A stretch of DNA of 64,000 nt from Eledone cirrhosa (lineage: Eukaryota), in assembly GCA_964016885.1 (NCBI GenBank), contig OZ024741.1:363878001-363942000 (forward strand), in the 5' to 3' direction. This document shows positions 14,219 through 26,615 of the stretch, piece after piece. The notes under the pieces are model-generated. The model did not search any database. It was not told where the DNA came from and saw only the letters and a program-made list of their open reading frames with translations. A program made the position numbers and the translations under genes. The first letter of the stretch is position 1. Every line of letters begins with the position of its first letter.

Positions 14219-14284
14219 TCCTATGTTTGAAGATACACAAAGAGGCAAAAACATGCCTGGATAAATCATCATTTGTTATGTCTA

Positions 14285-14630
14285 TTTTTCCACGCTTGCA
14301 TGGATTCTTTTTAGCATAGCATCTCTCCACTCATTGCGTTCCTTCATCGTCTCCTCTGTAAGTCCCAGCGATTTGAGGTCAGCTCTTACTCCTTCTGCCC
14401 AGGTCTCCCTTGGTCTACCATTATTGTGGCTTCCGTCCACTTGGATTTCCTGGCACTTCTTCACCCAGTGATCATCATCCATGTGCATCACATGCCCATA
14501 ACTATACAGTCTTCTCTCTTGCACACCACTTTTGATTCGTCTTAAACCCAGTTTCTCTCTCAGTGCATCCAAGATCTGCCGCTCTCTCTCTCATATTTAC
14601 ATTGCACAGCCAACGAAGCATGGTTGCTTC
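14285..14630 (-). mobile_element. RTE LINE C-terminal fragment (different subfamily)
   Basis: LREKLGLRRIKSGVQERRLYSYGHVMHM..GRPRETW. Confidence 0.8.
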
Positions 14631-15267
14631 AATAATAATGCATAAAAAAATAAAATGTATAATTTACTATTATACAGTATAGTTATGCCCATATCAACTT
14701 ACTACTGGTTGGAATCTGGTAGTAATTTGAGAACTAGTAAATATGTATAATAATGCATATAAAATAAAATATATTAAATTTATAGTATAGTAATGCATAT
14801 AAAATATGTATAGGTACACCCATATTGACTCACAATTGGTTGTTTGGAATGGAACACAGTCATAAGTCAAGGAGTATCAGTACACCATAGTTATAAAGGG
14901 GAAAGAAGACTCACAAGTTGTACTAAGGGTACAACAACCTTTCTAGGGTTGGTCACATAAAATGCACCAAGTACACTTTGCAAAATGGTTGGGAGGGCAT
15001 CCATAGAAAATTTTCCATAAAAATGGCTGAGAAAACTCTTCAGCTTTGTCAAAGACATGACAACTTTCCTAGTGCCAGTACCATGATAAAACGCACCCAG
15101 TACACCTTGTAGAATACTGGAATGTATGTAAGCGAGATGGGGGGGGGGGGGGGGACAGCTCATCTAAGAGGTTAGTAGCTTTAAGTACTGACTTGGTCTA
15201 TGACAACTTGTCCAACCTTGCTAGTAAGGAAAACAGATTTTAAAATGATGATGGTGATGATACTTAC

Positions 15268-15393
15268 AAAAGTCATCTCTTCAATATATTTAGGATTATA
15301 ACTGTTTAAGTCATGTAATGCAGCTTTGTATTTCTCTCGTGATGCTTCTACTTCAGTTCGACACTTTGTTAATTTTTCTCCAAGTTTTTTAAC
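15268..15393 (-). CDS. PACSIN: PACSIN coding exon 4 (absent from ORF track)
   Basis: VKKLGEKLTKCRTEVEASREKYKAALHDLNSYNPKYIEEMTF. Acceptor ttttttcttattaag, donor gtaagt; 126 nt, phase 0-0. Confidence 0.93.
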
Positions 15394-16034
15394 CTTAATA
15401 AGAAAAAAAAAAGTATTACATTCATTATTGTAAAATTAATTACAAGATCAGTCTGATTCTTAATTGAAAGAAAAACATTTAAAAAAAAAAATTATTTTTT
15501 ATACCTGAATAAGTATATTTCTGAATTAAATACTGCTATATCAGACTTCACTAGAACAGCATTAGTTTTTATCAGTTATGTTTACTTATACAATTTTCAA
15601 TCATATATTGTTAAGAATGTGTTCAAGAAATGGCTCTGTTATTTAACCTAATAACAGGTGGATCTCACTTCATGCTCTCCATGCTAGAATTACAAAGGAC
15701 AGCGAGGGTGACGCATTTGAAGAGCTAGTCCAATCTTGTGGTGCTCATTCTTGCAGATGGGCATCTTTGTCCCAACTGTAGTAAGAAGGGAGGTGGATCA
15801 AGGACCCAGGACATCAGATGGTTCTATTATTATGGGTCTGACAGCTTGCAATCTTCACTAATATAAGAAATAAGTGCAAAACTTTTAGGTGTATTTAACA
15901 TGGTGGATCCGCCACCAATTTTGAGACTCCTGGATTTGAAAACAGCTGAGAATATATAGTTTTCTCCTCTGTGCAAATGAGGTGATTAATCTCATTTGCT
16001 GTTTTCAAGTCCAGCAGTCACAAACGGGAGGAGA

Positions 16035-16080
16035 GATTGTCCTGACGAAGGCCAGTCAAGCCTGAAATGCATAGACGGTT
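16035..16080 (+). ncRNA. Type I minimal hammerhead ribozyme, copy 1
   Basis: gattgtc-CTGACGA-aggc cagtcaa gcct-GAAA-tgc-ATA-gacggtt; stems I and II pair; helix III is the palindrome ATGCAT. Confidence 0.85.
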
Positions 16081-16362
16081 GTCCCCCTTGCTTCTGTTGG
16101 ACACCACCAGAGGGCGTTAGCCCACCCCCTCGGGTTTTACATAACTACGGCTTCCTAAAACCGTATTTCTTTAGAAATACAAAATTTCTATACATATTAT
16201 ATAAAGCTATGCTCGAAGCGAAATCTTATCTCTTTTCTATTATAAGTCGAGCCAACTTATGCAGCTTCATATGCAAATGAGATTAATCACCTCATTTGCA
16301 CAGACGAGAAAACTATATATTCTTGGCTGTTTTCAAGTCCAGCAGTCGCAAACGGGGGGAGG

Positions 16363-16408
16363 GATCGTCCTGATGAAGGCCAGTCAAGCCTGAAATGCAT
16401 AGACGGTT
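16363..16408 (+). ncRNA. Type I minimal hammerhead ribozyme, copy 2
   Basis: gatcgtc-CTGATGA-aggc cagtcaa gcct-GAAA-tgc-ATA-gacggtt; stem I extends via gtccagcag/ctgctggac. Confidence 0.88.
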
Positions 16409-16920
16409 GTTCTCCTTGCTTCTGCTGGACACCACCAGTGGGCGTTAGCCCCCCCCCCCCTCGGTTTTACATAACTACGGCTTCCTAAAACCGTATTTCT
16501 TTAGAAATATGAAATTTCTATACATAATTTAGTATAAAAACCACACGTTAAGTTATCGAATAATTTTATGAAATACTTGAAAATTAATTAATTAATTGAA
16601 GTAGAGATATTTCATTAGAAATACGGTCACACAAGGGTTAAATTAATGTATAAATGGCTGAATATTCCACTGATGTGTGTAACTCCTAACATTATCATTT
16701 CCTAGCAGAATTAGCATGCCTTAATATGACAAGGCTAACCATTGAATTACACAATTTCTGTTTATTCAATTTCAATCACAAGTTTGGGTTGACTTGAGGT
16801 TATGGTAAAAGACACTTGCCTGTGATGTCACACAGTGAGATTGAACTCAAAATATCATGATTGCAAAGTGAGTTACTTAATCACTTAGCTATGCCAGTAG
16901 CATGTATCTAACATAGGTAA

Positions 16921-17113
16921 TTAACCCTATTGGTATCAAAATCACCTGAAACTACTTTGATTCTACAATACAAAACTGTTTATTTTCAACAATGCATCAG
17001 AACATAATTTAAGAAAATATTATGTTTCAAACACCAGCTTAAAAATTCTTGATTATTTTCAAAATTATTTAAAAGTCATCTTTCATCAGAAACATCGTAA
17101 AAAGATGGTTAAA
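16921..17113. mobile_element. TTAA-type AT-rich MITE, family B (many decayed copies)
   Basis: ttaaccct...tggttaa termini. The body (attcttgattattttcaaaattatt) recurs near 8.4, 10.0, 21.1, 23.9, 30.5, 33.3, 34.6, 37.9, 40.1 and 40.6 kb. Confidence 0.6.
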
Positions 17114-17364
17114 CACCAATGTTGTACTTGCTTGACAAGTGATTTGTTCCGAGATTGTGTTGAAACTGAATCAATTACATTATGGTAGAGTCATAACCTT
17201 TTAAAACACACACATGTACTGTTACATTTAGTTGTGTGTTATTTTGCGTTTTGCAGTACATTTACATGGCTGTTAAGACTCATGCATGATGAATTTAAAC
17301 ACCATTTGTGGGGAAATTCCAACTTGGATTATTGGCTGTTTATGGAATATTATTATTGTTGTCA

Positions 17365-17548
17365 GGTGGATTGGCAGTATCGGTAGAGAGTCAGACACCA
17401 TGCTTTGCAGTAAAGAGTTACGGCCCTTTATGTTCAGAATTCAAATCCCGCCAAGGTTAACTTTGCCTTTCATCCTTACGGGGTCGATAAAATAAAGTAC
17501 CAGTAATACACTGGGATAATTGCTGGCCTTGTGCCAAAAGTAGAAACC
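17365..17548 (+). mobile_element. tRNA-derived SINE with Nin/Deu-like core, 16-bp TSD
   Basis: Core gcctttcatccttacggggtcgataaaataaagtaccag; TSD attattattgttgtca at 17349-17364 and 17549-17564. Confidence 0.9.
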
Positions 17549-17896
17549 ATTATTATTGTTGTCATTACAGTTCACATCTGGGTTTAGCTGACCTCCTAAG
17601 GGCTTGCACCTCATAGATTTCTTGAATGTTTTAATAATTAAAAGAGTCATCCTGGAGTCCTGTTTGCTGCAGGGGGTTAACACTCAACTGCTGTTAGTAC
17701 TTAATTTTTTTTCAGCTCAGTTGGAACAATATGAAACAAAACATCTTGCACAAGAACACTATGTGCCACTCAGTCCAGGAATCCAACCCATGACCTTATG
17801 ATTGTGAGTCCAGCACCCTAAACACTAGACCACACACCTTCTTTAGGGAATAACTGAAGATACAACAAATTTTAGGTAATAACAAAAATAACTTAC

Positions 17897-18034
17897 TTGA
17901 TCCACAGGAACTGAGGGATCACCTTTAGCATTGTTTTCTTGGTTAGCTGTGCTTCTCTCTTGTTTACATGCAGAATGGTACTCTTTTTTGGCAACAACTA
18001 ATTTATTATAACGCTTCATCCATGGTTTCTGAGC
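17897..18034 (-). CDS. PACSIN: PACSIN coding exon 3
   Basis: AQKPWMKRYNKLVVAKKEYHSACKQERSTANQENNAKGDPSVPVDQ (conserved AQKPW..YH.ACK.E). Acceptor ttgcag, donor gtaagt; 138 nt, phase 0-0. Confidence 0.95.
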
Positions 18035-19925
18035 CTGCAAATGTAATAGGATAAATGTCAGAAAATATATGCCACAAATTATTTAGAATCATCATACTAC
18101 CCCCCACCCCCCACACACACAAATGTCCCAGACTATCAGCTTGTATCTTATAAACACAAATGTTACATCAAGTTTTAAAATGACCTGATTGTAGGGAAAA
18201 CTTTGAATGTCATGTAAAAGCAGAGTTTTTAATTTTTACAAGGACCAGTCAAAATTGGGATTCATTCTATAAGCTCATGCACCTCATAAGTTGTCAAATA
18301 CAATGAGTCAAGCTTAAATAAAAACTGTAAAGACAGATAACCTTATTGTGTAAAAACTGTGATGAACAACTGATGCACTATGAGTATTTACACAATATCA
18401 GTAACTTCAATAGGCCAAAACAGTGTGGTGGGATCCACATCCCCAATGACTAGTGTAAAACAGCAATTGTTGTGCTCTGACCAAGTATAACTTGATTGAC
18501 TCTAATGTGGCAATCACAAGAATCTTCAGACATACAGCAATGGAGTGGACAATGAAGAAAATACAATATGCCTACACTTTTCTCTGTACAGTTAATTTCT
18601 GTATGTCATAATGGAATCATGGTATACCTGGATCTGTGGATCACACCAATTTTGGCTGGCCACCTAAGTGCCATAGCGAATTATACAACACAAACTTTAA
18701 ACTAATGATACTGCAGCTATTTCTGTATGTATTCTGTATGTTTATGTCATCAGCTGAATGGAGAGATGGAGTTTTTAGAATGCTTTGGAATTAAAGAAAG
18801 TAAAAGAAGAGAAGATAGGCTCAACAAAATCCACTTAGAAATGATATTCAATTAATGTCAATATGTTGATAATGAGACGCAAGGAATATAAAGATGCTAA
18901 AAAACTATTTCTTAAAGTGACTGTCTAGGTGACAGTAATGTTCTGCTAGATCTTGTATATGTCTAGGTTTTTCATGCCAGTTGAAATCAGCAATAGCCTA
19001 AAATTAGACACAATAGCATTTATTATGAGAAGACTTCAGCTTTTATTTCAATTACTTATTTTTTTGCTATTATATGATTCCCCCCTGTTGGCTGAGCAGG
19101 CAGACAGGCTAAAGAAATAATTTTAACAAATCCCTTCAAATTCTCCATATTAAAATCTTCCATCTTAATTTTATTTGAGAAATTTTTGTTTAGTAATGTT
19201 TTAAACTAATAAAAAGGTTAGTTCTCTCATTAAATTCTTTAAATTTTCAGAATTAATTGGTACACATAGGCAGTATATTTGATTAGAAATATGGTAAGAA
19301 AGTGAATTCAATTACAGGGTATTTTATTAGAAATATAGTAATGAAAGAGTTAAAAAAATACTGAAACAATGTAACGAGTAGCTAAAATGATGACATGATA
19401 AATAGATATCTATAACAGGATCTACATGATATTTAGTTATTTGAGACTGTTGCTCTGAACGTGTCTTACATGTAATGCAAGTAGTGTGATTCATGTAGAC
19501 AGATGTATGGAACGTATCTGGAGATAATAATCAATGATTACTAACATTATAACCCATTGTTTTATGGATGGAATATGTAATATTGGGTTTCTTCACCAAA
19601 CTTCATCAAAGCTATATTTATGGATTATCTATCTAACTATATGGAGAGAAAGATTTCTGTCCTATGGTTAAACTTGTACCATTCTGATAGCAAACAAGAA
19701 ATTATACACACACAGAGAGAGACACTCAGACAGATAGATAGTGTGAGAAACAAACAGACAATACTGTTGACTGAGAATGTTGATTTCTAGTATGAATATT
19801 TGCTTCCTCACCACTTTTTGGGGAGGACCTATGAACTCTAAATAACAATTCTAGAAACTTATAATATAGATTGAAGTTGAGCAGAAAATTGAGATAAGGC
19901 CAAAGTAGGATTAATAAAAAATAAT

Positions 19926-20110
19926 TGTTTCTACTTTAGGCACAAGGCCAGCAATTCACCAGTGCATTACTGGTACTTTATTTTATCGACCCCGTAAGGA
20001 TGAAAGGCAAAGTCAACCTCGGCGGGATTTGAACTCAGATCATAAAGGGACGTAACTATGCTGGAAAGCATGGCGTCAAACCCTCTACCGATACTGCCAA
20101 TCCACCGCCC
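19926..20110 (-). mobile_element. Same Nin/Deu-like SINE family, 15-bp TSD
   Basis: Reverse complement of the 17365 copy; TSD ttaataaaaaataat at 19911-19925 and 20111-20125. Confidence 0.9.
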
Positions 20111-21451
20111 TTAATAAAAAATAATGTTAAGTTTCAGATGTCTGACACAACTGAAGGAATCTCCCAATTTTTTGACAAATCTTTCTATAGCTGGATACCC
20201 TTCTTATCACCAATGATGATGATGATGACAAAAACAAGCTATTTTATGCAGCAATTTTCTGTGATAATTGGATGATGAATGTTGGGTTGATAATGTACTG
20301 TGTATGCTGATAGTAAGTAGATTGTGCTAGCTTATACAGATTGTCTGGTTAAATTCATGCTGACACAAAAGCACAATGCATTTTTGCTCATATTGTTTAA
20401 CTTAATACATTAATTGCCAAAAGGCAAATAAAACATTATCTTCATATAATGGAAACTTCATTTTTTTTTGTTCTTTTGTTTTTGTACTCCAAACAATTTA
20501 CTATTTAGTGCCATTATGTTAACTACCTAAATTAACCTCGTTTTCTATGTTATTTCAACTAAACTATAAACATATTCTGTGATTCACTGGCACAAGACTA
20601 GTGCTAAATGGAGAAAAGAGATATAATAAATAAAAATTAAAAACACAAATTTAAATAAATATTTGAACAAATGAAAAAAATATTTTACAGCTGTTTTTCC
20701 ATGTTAACATGGGGTGGACAGACCATGTCAGCACTTCAGTGGAGCTACTGTCCTTCCAGTTCAACTGTTTTGGCATGGCTTCTACAGCTGGATGCCCAAC
20801 TACTTTACAGAGAGTACTGGGTGCATTTTATTGTGGAATCAATACTAAGGAAGTTATGTTAACAACTGAAGAGTCATTTCAATCCTTTGTTTGGCATACT
20901 TTCTACAGCTGGATGCCCTTCCTAATACCAACCACTTTATGAAGTATACTGCATGCGTTTTATTGTGGCACTAGCACTAATATAAACAGCTAAATTTATA
21001 ATGAAATGAAATAAAACATGTATAGAACGTATCTACAATAAGAGATATGTTGTTTAGTGTCTAACCCTTTTGAAATTAACCTGCCTGGGACAGCCCAAAA
21101 TTTTGTGATACAAAACCTATTTTAGAATGTAAAACTCTTCCATCATAATTTTATGTTAAAACTTCATTATGTTCCAAATACTAACTTAATAATGAGAAAG
21201 TTTGTTGTTTTACTCAATTGTTCAAAATTATTGGTTATTTTCAAAATTATTCAAAAAATCTCAGGCAATGTCTTTTGTTAATAATATGGTAATAAAAGGT
21301 AGGTTTTACTTGTTTATATTTTTTTCTAAATTTTGCTGAATTAGTACAAATAATTATAGTAAAAGAAAAGGAAAAGTAAATAAATGAGATATTTCAAAAG
21401 AAATATAATGTACTTTAAACAGGATTTTAATACTGTATTATGTGTGCATGC

Positions 21452-21485
<34 letters not shown>

Positions 21486-21999
21486 CTCATTTTTTATGGG
21501 ACTATATTACAATAGCTTAAACCAGTTTTTTTTTAAAATGTTACTAGATTTTTTATGACAAACTTTATTTTAATTATTTATACATTGCACTTTTGAAATT
21601 AGGTTCAATTTTCTATTTCTTCTGGATGACAGATTAACAATTAAACATTTAAAAAAAAACCCAACCTAAATGAACCTTTGTACATGTATGTTCTTGTATG
21701 TGTATGAATGTCAGCTTGCGTATCTGTGTTTGTGTGTTTTCTTGTGTATTATAGACTGTTCATCAAATAATTAGTTTTAAAAAGACAGTGTTTCCACTAC
21801 ACACAAGCAACTTAGACAAAGCACATAAGAGGGCCATTCAGAAAGGAAAGGAGTCAAATGTTGGACTGGATCAAGGAAACAATGTTTTTTATTGGTCTTT
21901 CAATTGCTGATACTATCTGCTGGTCACAACTCCTAGCAGAAAGAGGTGGGATTCAATCTCAGAACATACAGAGCTGAATCAGATACCACAAAGCAACCT

Positions 22000-22745
22000 G
22001 GCCAATGTTATTATGATTGCAGGTTGACCAATACCTTTTGAGTGAAATCTGTTAGATGAAATCCAACTTGCACTTGATGGGTTTGATGCCAAGTGCTGCA
22101 TGGCTGGAATGAAAATCAGTGCTGCGAAAACTGACACACTCAAGGAAGCCTGAGCAGTGCACTCTATATGTGAGTGGAGTTCCACTGAAGTAGGTGGGGA
22201 AGTTCAAGTATATCGGGGCTGTGTTCATAAGTGATGGAAGGCAGGAGGCTGAATTAAGTGCAAGAATTGCAGGAGCTGGTGCAGTAATGCACCAACTTCA
22301 GCATTTGATAATCAGAAGAAGGGAGGTAGGTATAAAAGCCAAACTCGCTATCCATGCCAATCTTACCTATGGTCATGAATACAAGCAGCCAACATGGGGT
22401 TCCTCTGAAGGGTTTTTGGAGTAATGTTACGTGATAAAGTGCATAGCTTAGAGATCAAAGAGTTACTCCAGGTAGAACTGCTACTTCTCTGAATTTAGAG
22501 ATCACAACTCTGATATTATGTGCATGTGGTTAGAATGTCTCGGGAAAGAATTGCTGGACAGCTTATACAGGCAAAACCAAGCAGCAGGAGACCCAGGGGT
22601 AGACCTTGAGCAAGTTGGTTGGATAATATTCATGAGCTTGGCTGGTCTCGCCTAGGTTGACGGTTGCTTTTGACAGGACTGGCTGGAAGGAGTGTTTGAG
22701 GATTCTACCGCCATGACCCTCCCAGGAAGAAAGAAGAGAAGAAAT
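22000..22745 (+). mobile_element. Decayed RTE/Expander-like LINE 3' part
   Basis: AGMKISAAKT, VGKFKYIG.VFISDGRQEAELSARI, KAKLAI..LTYGHE, RRPRGRP; (GAA)-rich tail. Confidence 0.75.
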
Positions 22746-22753
22746 CTATGTGA

Positions 22754-22792
22754 AAGTCTGATGAAGGATTAATGCCTGAAACATTAAGACTC
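22754..22792 (+). ncRNA. Degenerate minimal hammerhead core
   Basis: aagt-CTGATGA-agg attaatg cct-GAAA-cattaa-gact; the helix III / cleavage-site register is imperfect. Confidence 0.45.
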
Positions 22793-22871
22793 TTTCCCTA
22801 CTATATTAAGTGTCAAACTCATATGTATAAACATTTTGATGCTTTGCTTACCCATGTTTTTCTTTGACTTT

Positions 22872-22932
<61 letters not shown>

Positions 22933-23439
22933 CATGTGTGTGCATGATTGTGTGTTCGTTTCAGCATTTGTGGCTTAATTAGAGGTTCAACAAAAAGTGA
23001 TTGAAATACTGAATCTCTTCAAGGAGTTATTCTAGCATAACTGCAGTTTAATGAATGAAATCAGTAATGTATATATAGTTGATTCTCAAATGTTTGTGAT
23101 ATACAAGTAGACTGTCATGAATATTTTGGTAGGTACTTGAGAAAAGATTAATAACCTTGTCAGGTTTAGTATATTTATAAAAATGTGATATATTTATGAT
23201 TGCTCACAGGTTTAAATAATCCTTGAAATCTGACCTATTGAAAATATTTATTTGCTACCTAGAGTTACAAGAATGTTTCTTCTCAATAGAGAATCTTTAA
23301 CTCATTTGTTATCAAGGGATACAGCCTATGATTTTCAAATAATGTTGAAAATAATCAAGAATTTTGAGAGATTTAGTAACATAACCAAACCCATACAAGA
23401 GTGGAATATGGACGTTAAACGATGATGAACTGTCATTAT

Positions 23440-23620
23440 CGGTTGGCAGTATCGGTAGAGGGTCGGACGCCATGCTTTCAGCACAGTTACGTCCCTTTAC
23501 GGACTGAGTTCAAATCGCGCCGAGGTTCACTTTACCTTTCATCCTTACGGGGTCGATAAGATAAAGTACCAGTAATACACTGGAATAATTGCTGGCCTTG
23601 TGCCAAAAGTAGAAACAATT
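23440..23620 (+). mobile_element. Nin/Deu-like SINE inserted into a MITE
   Basis: Full head and core identical in layout to the 17365 copy. Confidence 0.85.
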
Positions 23621-24824
23621 ATCATTATTAACTCTTAACACTTTTAGCAGAAAATATATATTAAAAAAAGGTTTCTTAATTCAAATGTTTATAGTATCAT
23701 CACTTGTGTGAATAGATCTTTGTGTAAATTTGCAATAAACTAAAGTAAAGACTCAAGTTTCAATGTGATACAGGCATAATGCTGATTTGTACTTTTCAAT
23801 AATGTCATGTTCATGCAGCTTCATATGGTACAGGATGTTAAGAATTAAGCTGGTGTTTGGAGCATAACTTAACAAAAGTTCTTACATAAAATAATGTTAG
23901 AAAGTTTTTTCAGATAAACTTTCCTTTCCTTACTATATTTCTAATGAAAGAGAGTCAATAATTTTCAAATAATTTTGAAAATAATCAAGAATGTTTTGGT
24001 ATTTAGTAATATAATCAACTTTTTCAAGCTGGTATTTTGAACATAAAATTGTGATGGAAGGTTTTTTGATAAATATAAACATTTTAAAATAAAGAGCTTT
24101 GTATCTTATATATCAGAGCTGGTTTCAAGCAGTTCGATATAATCAGCTTGATATACCCCATAGATTTGCAGTAGTGAAGCAAACAACTTAACCACAGAGT
24201 TATGCCTGCTTCTAAACTATTAAAATGACAGTGAAAAATCTCAATGTTTTGTAGATAATTTAATTATTTAAGCAACAAGGATGGGTTGATAAATGTTGTT
24301 TTATGAGAAAAGTCATATGATAAAATGAAACTTTGTATGGTAAATACAAAGTGTGAAAGATAACAACCTGACCAAAACCACTATGAAACAAAGCAACGCA
24401 TTTGAAAGTGTTCCTACTTGAATTAAAAAACTTCAAACATAATTTTATATAGGAACCCTGTGTTAAGTTAGTACTAGTAATGAAATTATCAATGGTTTTT
24501 TTTTTAGATGAATATACAAACTTTAAAACAAACAGCTTTATATCATAGAATCAGGGGCATTTTAGTTTCAAAAGAGTTAAATACAGCTCATGTTATAAAA
24601 CAAGAGATTATTTAAATATTTGTATAATAAACAGAGCTGGGAGAGACCTATTTGTTGTGACTATATTTTAGTGAAAGTGAACTTTGCTTTTTATTGAGAA
24701 TAGGAGACAAATGAAGTCTTTTTAGCCCAATAACCTCCTACATAACAAATAAGAAAACCATCCTACTGTAAAAATATTCCATGTAATTATCTGAATCACA
24801 TTGTAATTGCACTGAAACAACAAT

Positions 24825-26090
24825 AATTTTTCTACTTTTGGTACAAAGCCAGCAGTTTAAAGGGAAGGGGAAAGTTGATTAAATCAAGATATGGTACTTC
24901 ATTTTATTGACGCCGAAAGAATGAAAAGCAAAGCTAACTTCAGCAGGATTTGAACTCAGAACATAAAAGGCCGTAACTATATACCACAAAGCATGTTGTT
25001 CAATGCTCTACCAATACTGGCAACCTATCACCCTAACAACAATAATAATGGTTTCTGATTTAGGCACAAGGCCAGCAATTTCAGGGGAGGGGAAAGCCGA
25101 TTAAATTGATCCTGGTGCATGACTGGTGCTTTATTTTATCGACCCCGCAAGGATGAAAGGCAAAGCTAACCTTGGCGGAATTTGAACTCAGAACGTGAAG
25201 GGCCGTAACTCTATGCAGCAAAGCATGGTGTCCGATGCTCTACCGATTCTGCCAATCCACCACAGACCCAAGACCAAGACACACACCAGCAATTACTCAA
25301 CATACAGAATATATACACCACCCAACAAAATAGCACAATTCACATTACTTATACCCTACACAACAGAACAAGCACTAAAATAACAGCAGAAACAAAGCTA
25401 AACAAAACAAAATTGATGTAATACAATAACAAGTCTATATCTACTCCTCCCTGCCAAAATATAAACACACAATGCTGCATACACCTCAGGAACATGGGGA
25501 TGCATCTGTTGATGAATTAGAAACTCATATGAAACTGTCAAAGAAATAATAATAATAATAATGGTTTCTGATTTAGGCACTATTTTGGGGGAGGGGAAAG
25601 TCGATTAAATCAACCCCAGTGCATTACTGGTACTTTATTTATCGACCCTGTAAGGATGAAAGGCAAAGCTAACCTCGGTAGAAATTGAACTCAGAAATCC
25701 TATGCCACTAAGCATGTTGTCCGACGCTCTACTGATTCTGCCAATCCACCGTCCTTAATAATAATAATAATAATAATAATAATGTTTCTACTTTTGGCAC
25801 AAGGACAACAATAACCCCAGTGCATTACTAATACTTTATTTTATCAACCCCCGTAAGGATGAAAGGCAGTTAACCTCAGCGGATTTGAACTCGGAACGTA
25901 AAGGGCCATGCTGCAGGAAAGGGACAAGTCAATTAAATCAACCTAGTACTTGACTGGTATTTTATTTTATTGGCCCCCAGGAATGTAAAGTTGACCCTGA
26001 GAGGATTTAAACTCAGAATGTAAAGAGCAAAAACAAATACTGCAAAACATTTTATCCAAGGCTTTAACAATTTTGCTAATTCCTCACCAC
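24825..26090 (-). mobile_element. Cluster of about 5 head-to-tail Nin/Deu-like SINE copies
   Basis: Repeated ggtactttattttatcgaccc..ggatgaaaggcaaag cores near 24.9, 25.1, 25.6, 25.8 and 26.0 kb, separated by (AAT)n. Confidence 0.85.
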
Positions 26091-26413
26091 CAATAATCAT
26101 AACAAATAATAATTATTTCTTAATAGATCAAAGTCATTCATTTTAATGCCTTATGAGTGAAATCTGGTAGGTGGAAAATGCAGAAGCCCGTTGTGTGTGT
26201 GTGTGTGTGCGCATATATGTTTATGTCCAGTAACTTAGCAGTTTGACAAAAAGATAGATAGAATATATACCAGATTTGAGAAAAATGTACTGGAACTAAT
26301 ATGATTGGCTAAATCCTGTTAAAGCTGTGTCCTAGCATGGCTGCAGTCTAATAATTGAAATCAGTAAATACATATATATAAGGTTTGGATGGGATCACAC
26401 CAATGTAAACTCG

Positions 26414-26499
26414 CATATCTGAAGATGTGTCGATTAAGAGTCGGGATCCGATCGCCTGATCAAACCTGAGCTGATCGATACCGAAACAGTTGTAATATG
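26414..26499 (+). ncRNA. Type I hammerhead ribozyme in a short PLE-like remnant between TA runs
   Basis: catat-CTGAAGA-t gtgtcgatta...tgatcgatac c-GAAA-cagtt-GTA-atatg; 5-bp stem I, 10-bp stem II, quasi-palindromic helix III; first stem II pair is mismatched. Confidence 0.7.
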
Positions 26500-26615
26500 A
26501 AAGAAAGTTTCATAACAAGCTGCAAATCTGACTTCTCTCGCTCTCTCTCTATATATATATATTATAAAAAATTAAAAAAAAGAAGCAAATTAAAAAAGAA
26601 GAAAAACAAATTTAC

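Larger units (their letters stand above)
15925..16526 (+). mobile_element. Non-autonomous Penelope-like/retrozyme-like element: tandem repeat with two hammerheads and a 5' inverted arm
   Basis: Direct repeats 15998-16196 and 16326-16526 (period 328); 15925-15999 is the reverse complement of 16273-16347; no credible ORF. Confidence 0.75.

Noticed and set aside
15652-15916. Repeated ggtggatc / ggatccgccacc motifs suggesting a MITE
   Set aside because: TIR pairing and TSD could not be established.
17365-17450. tRNA genes at SINE heads
   Set aside because: A/B boxes only; no complete cloverleaf, and they are followed by SINE core, tail and TSD.
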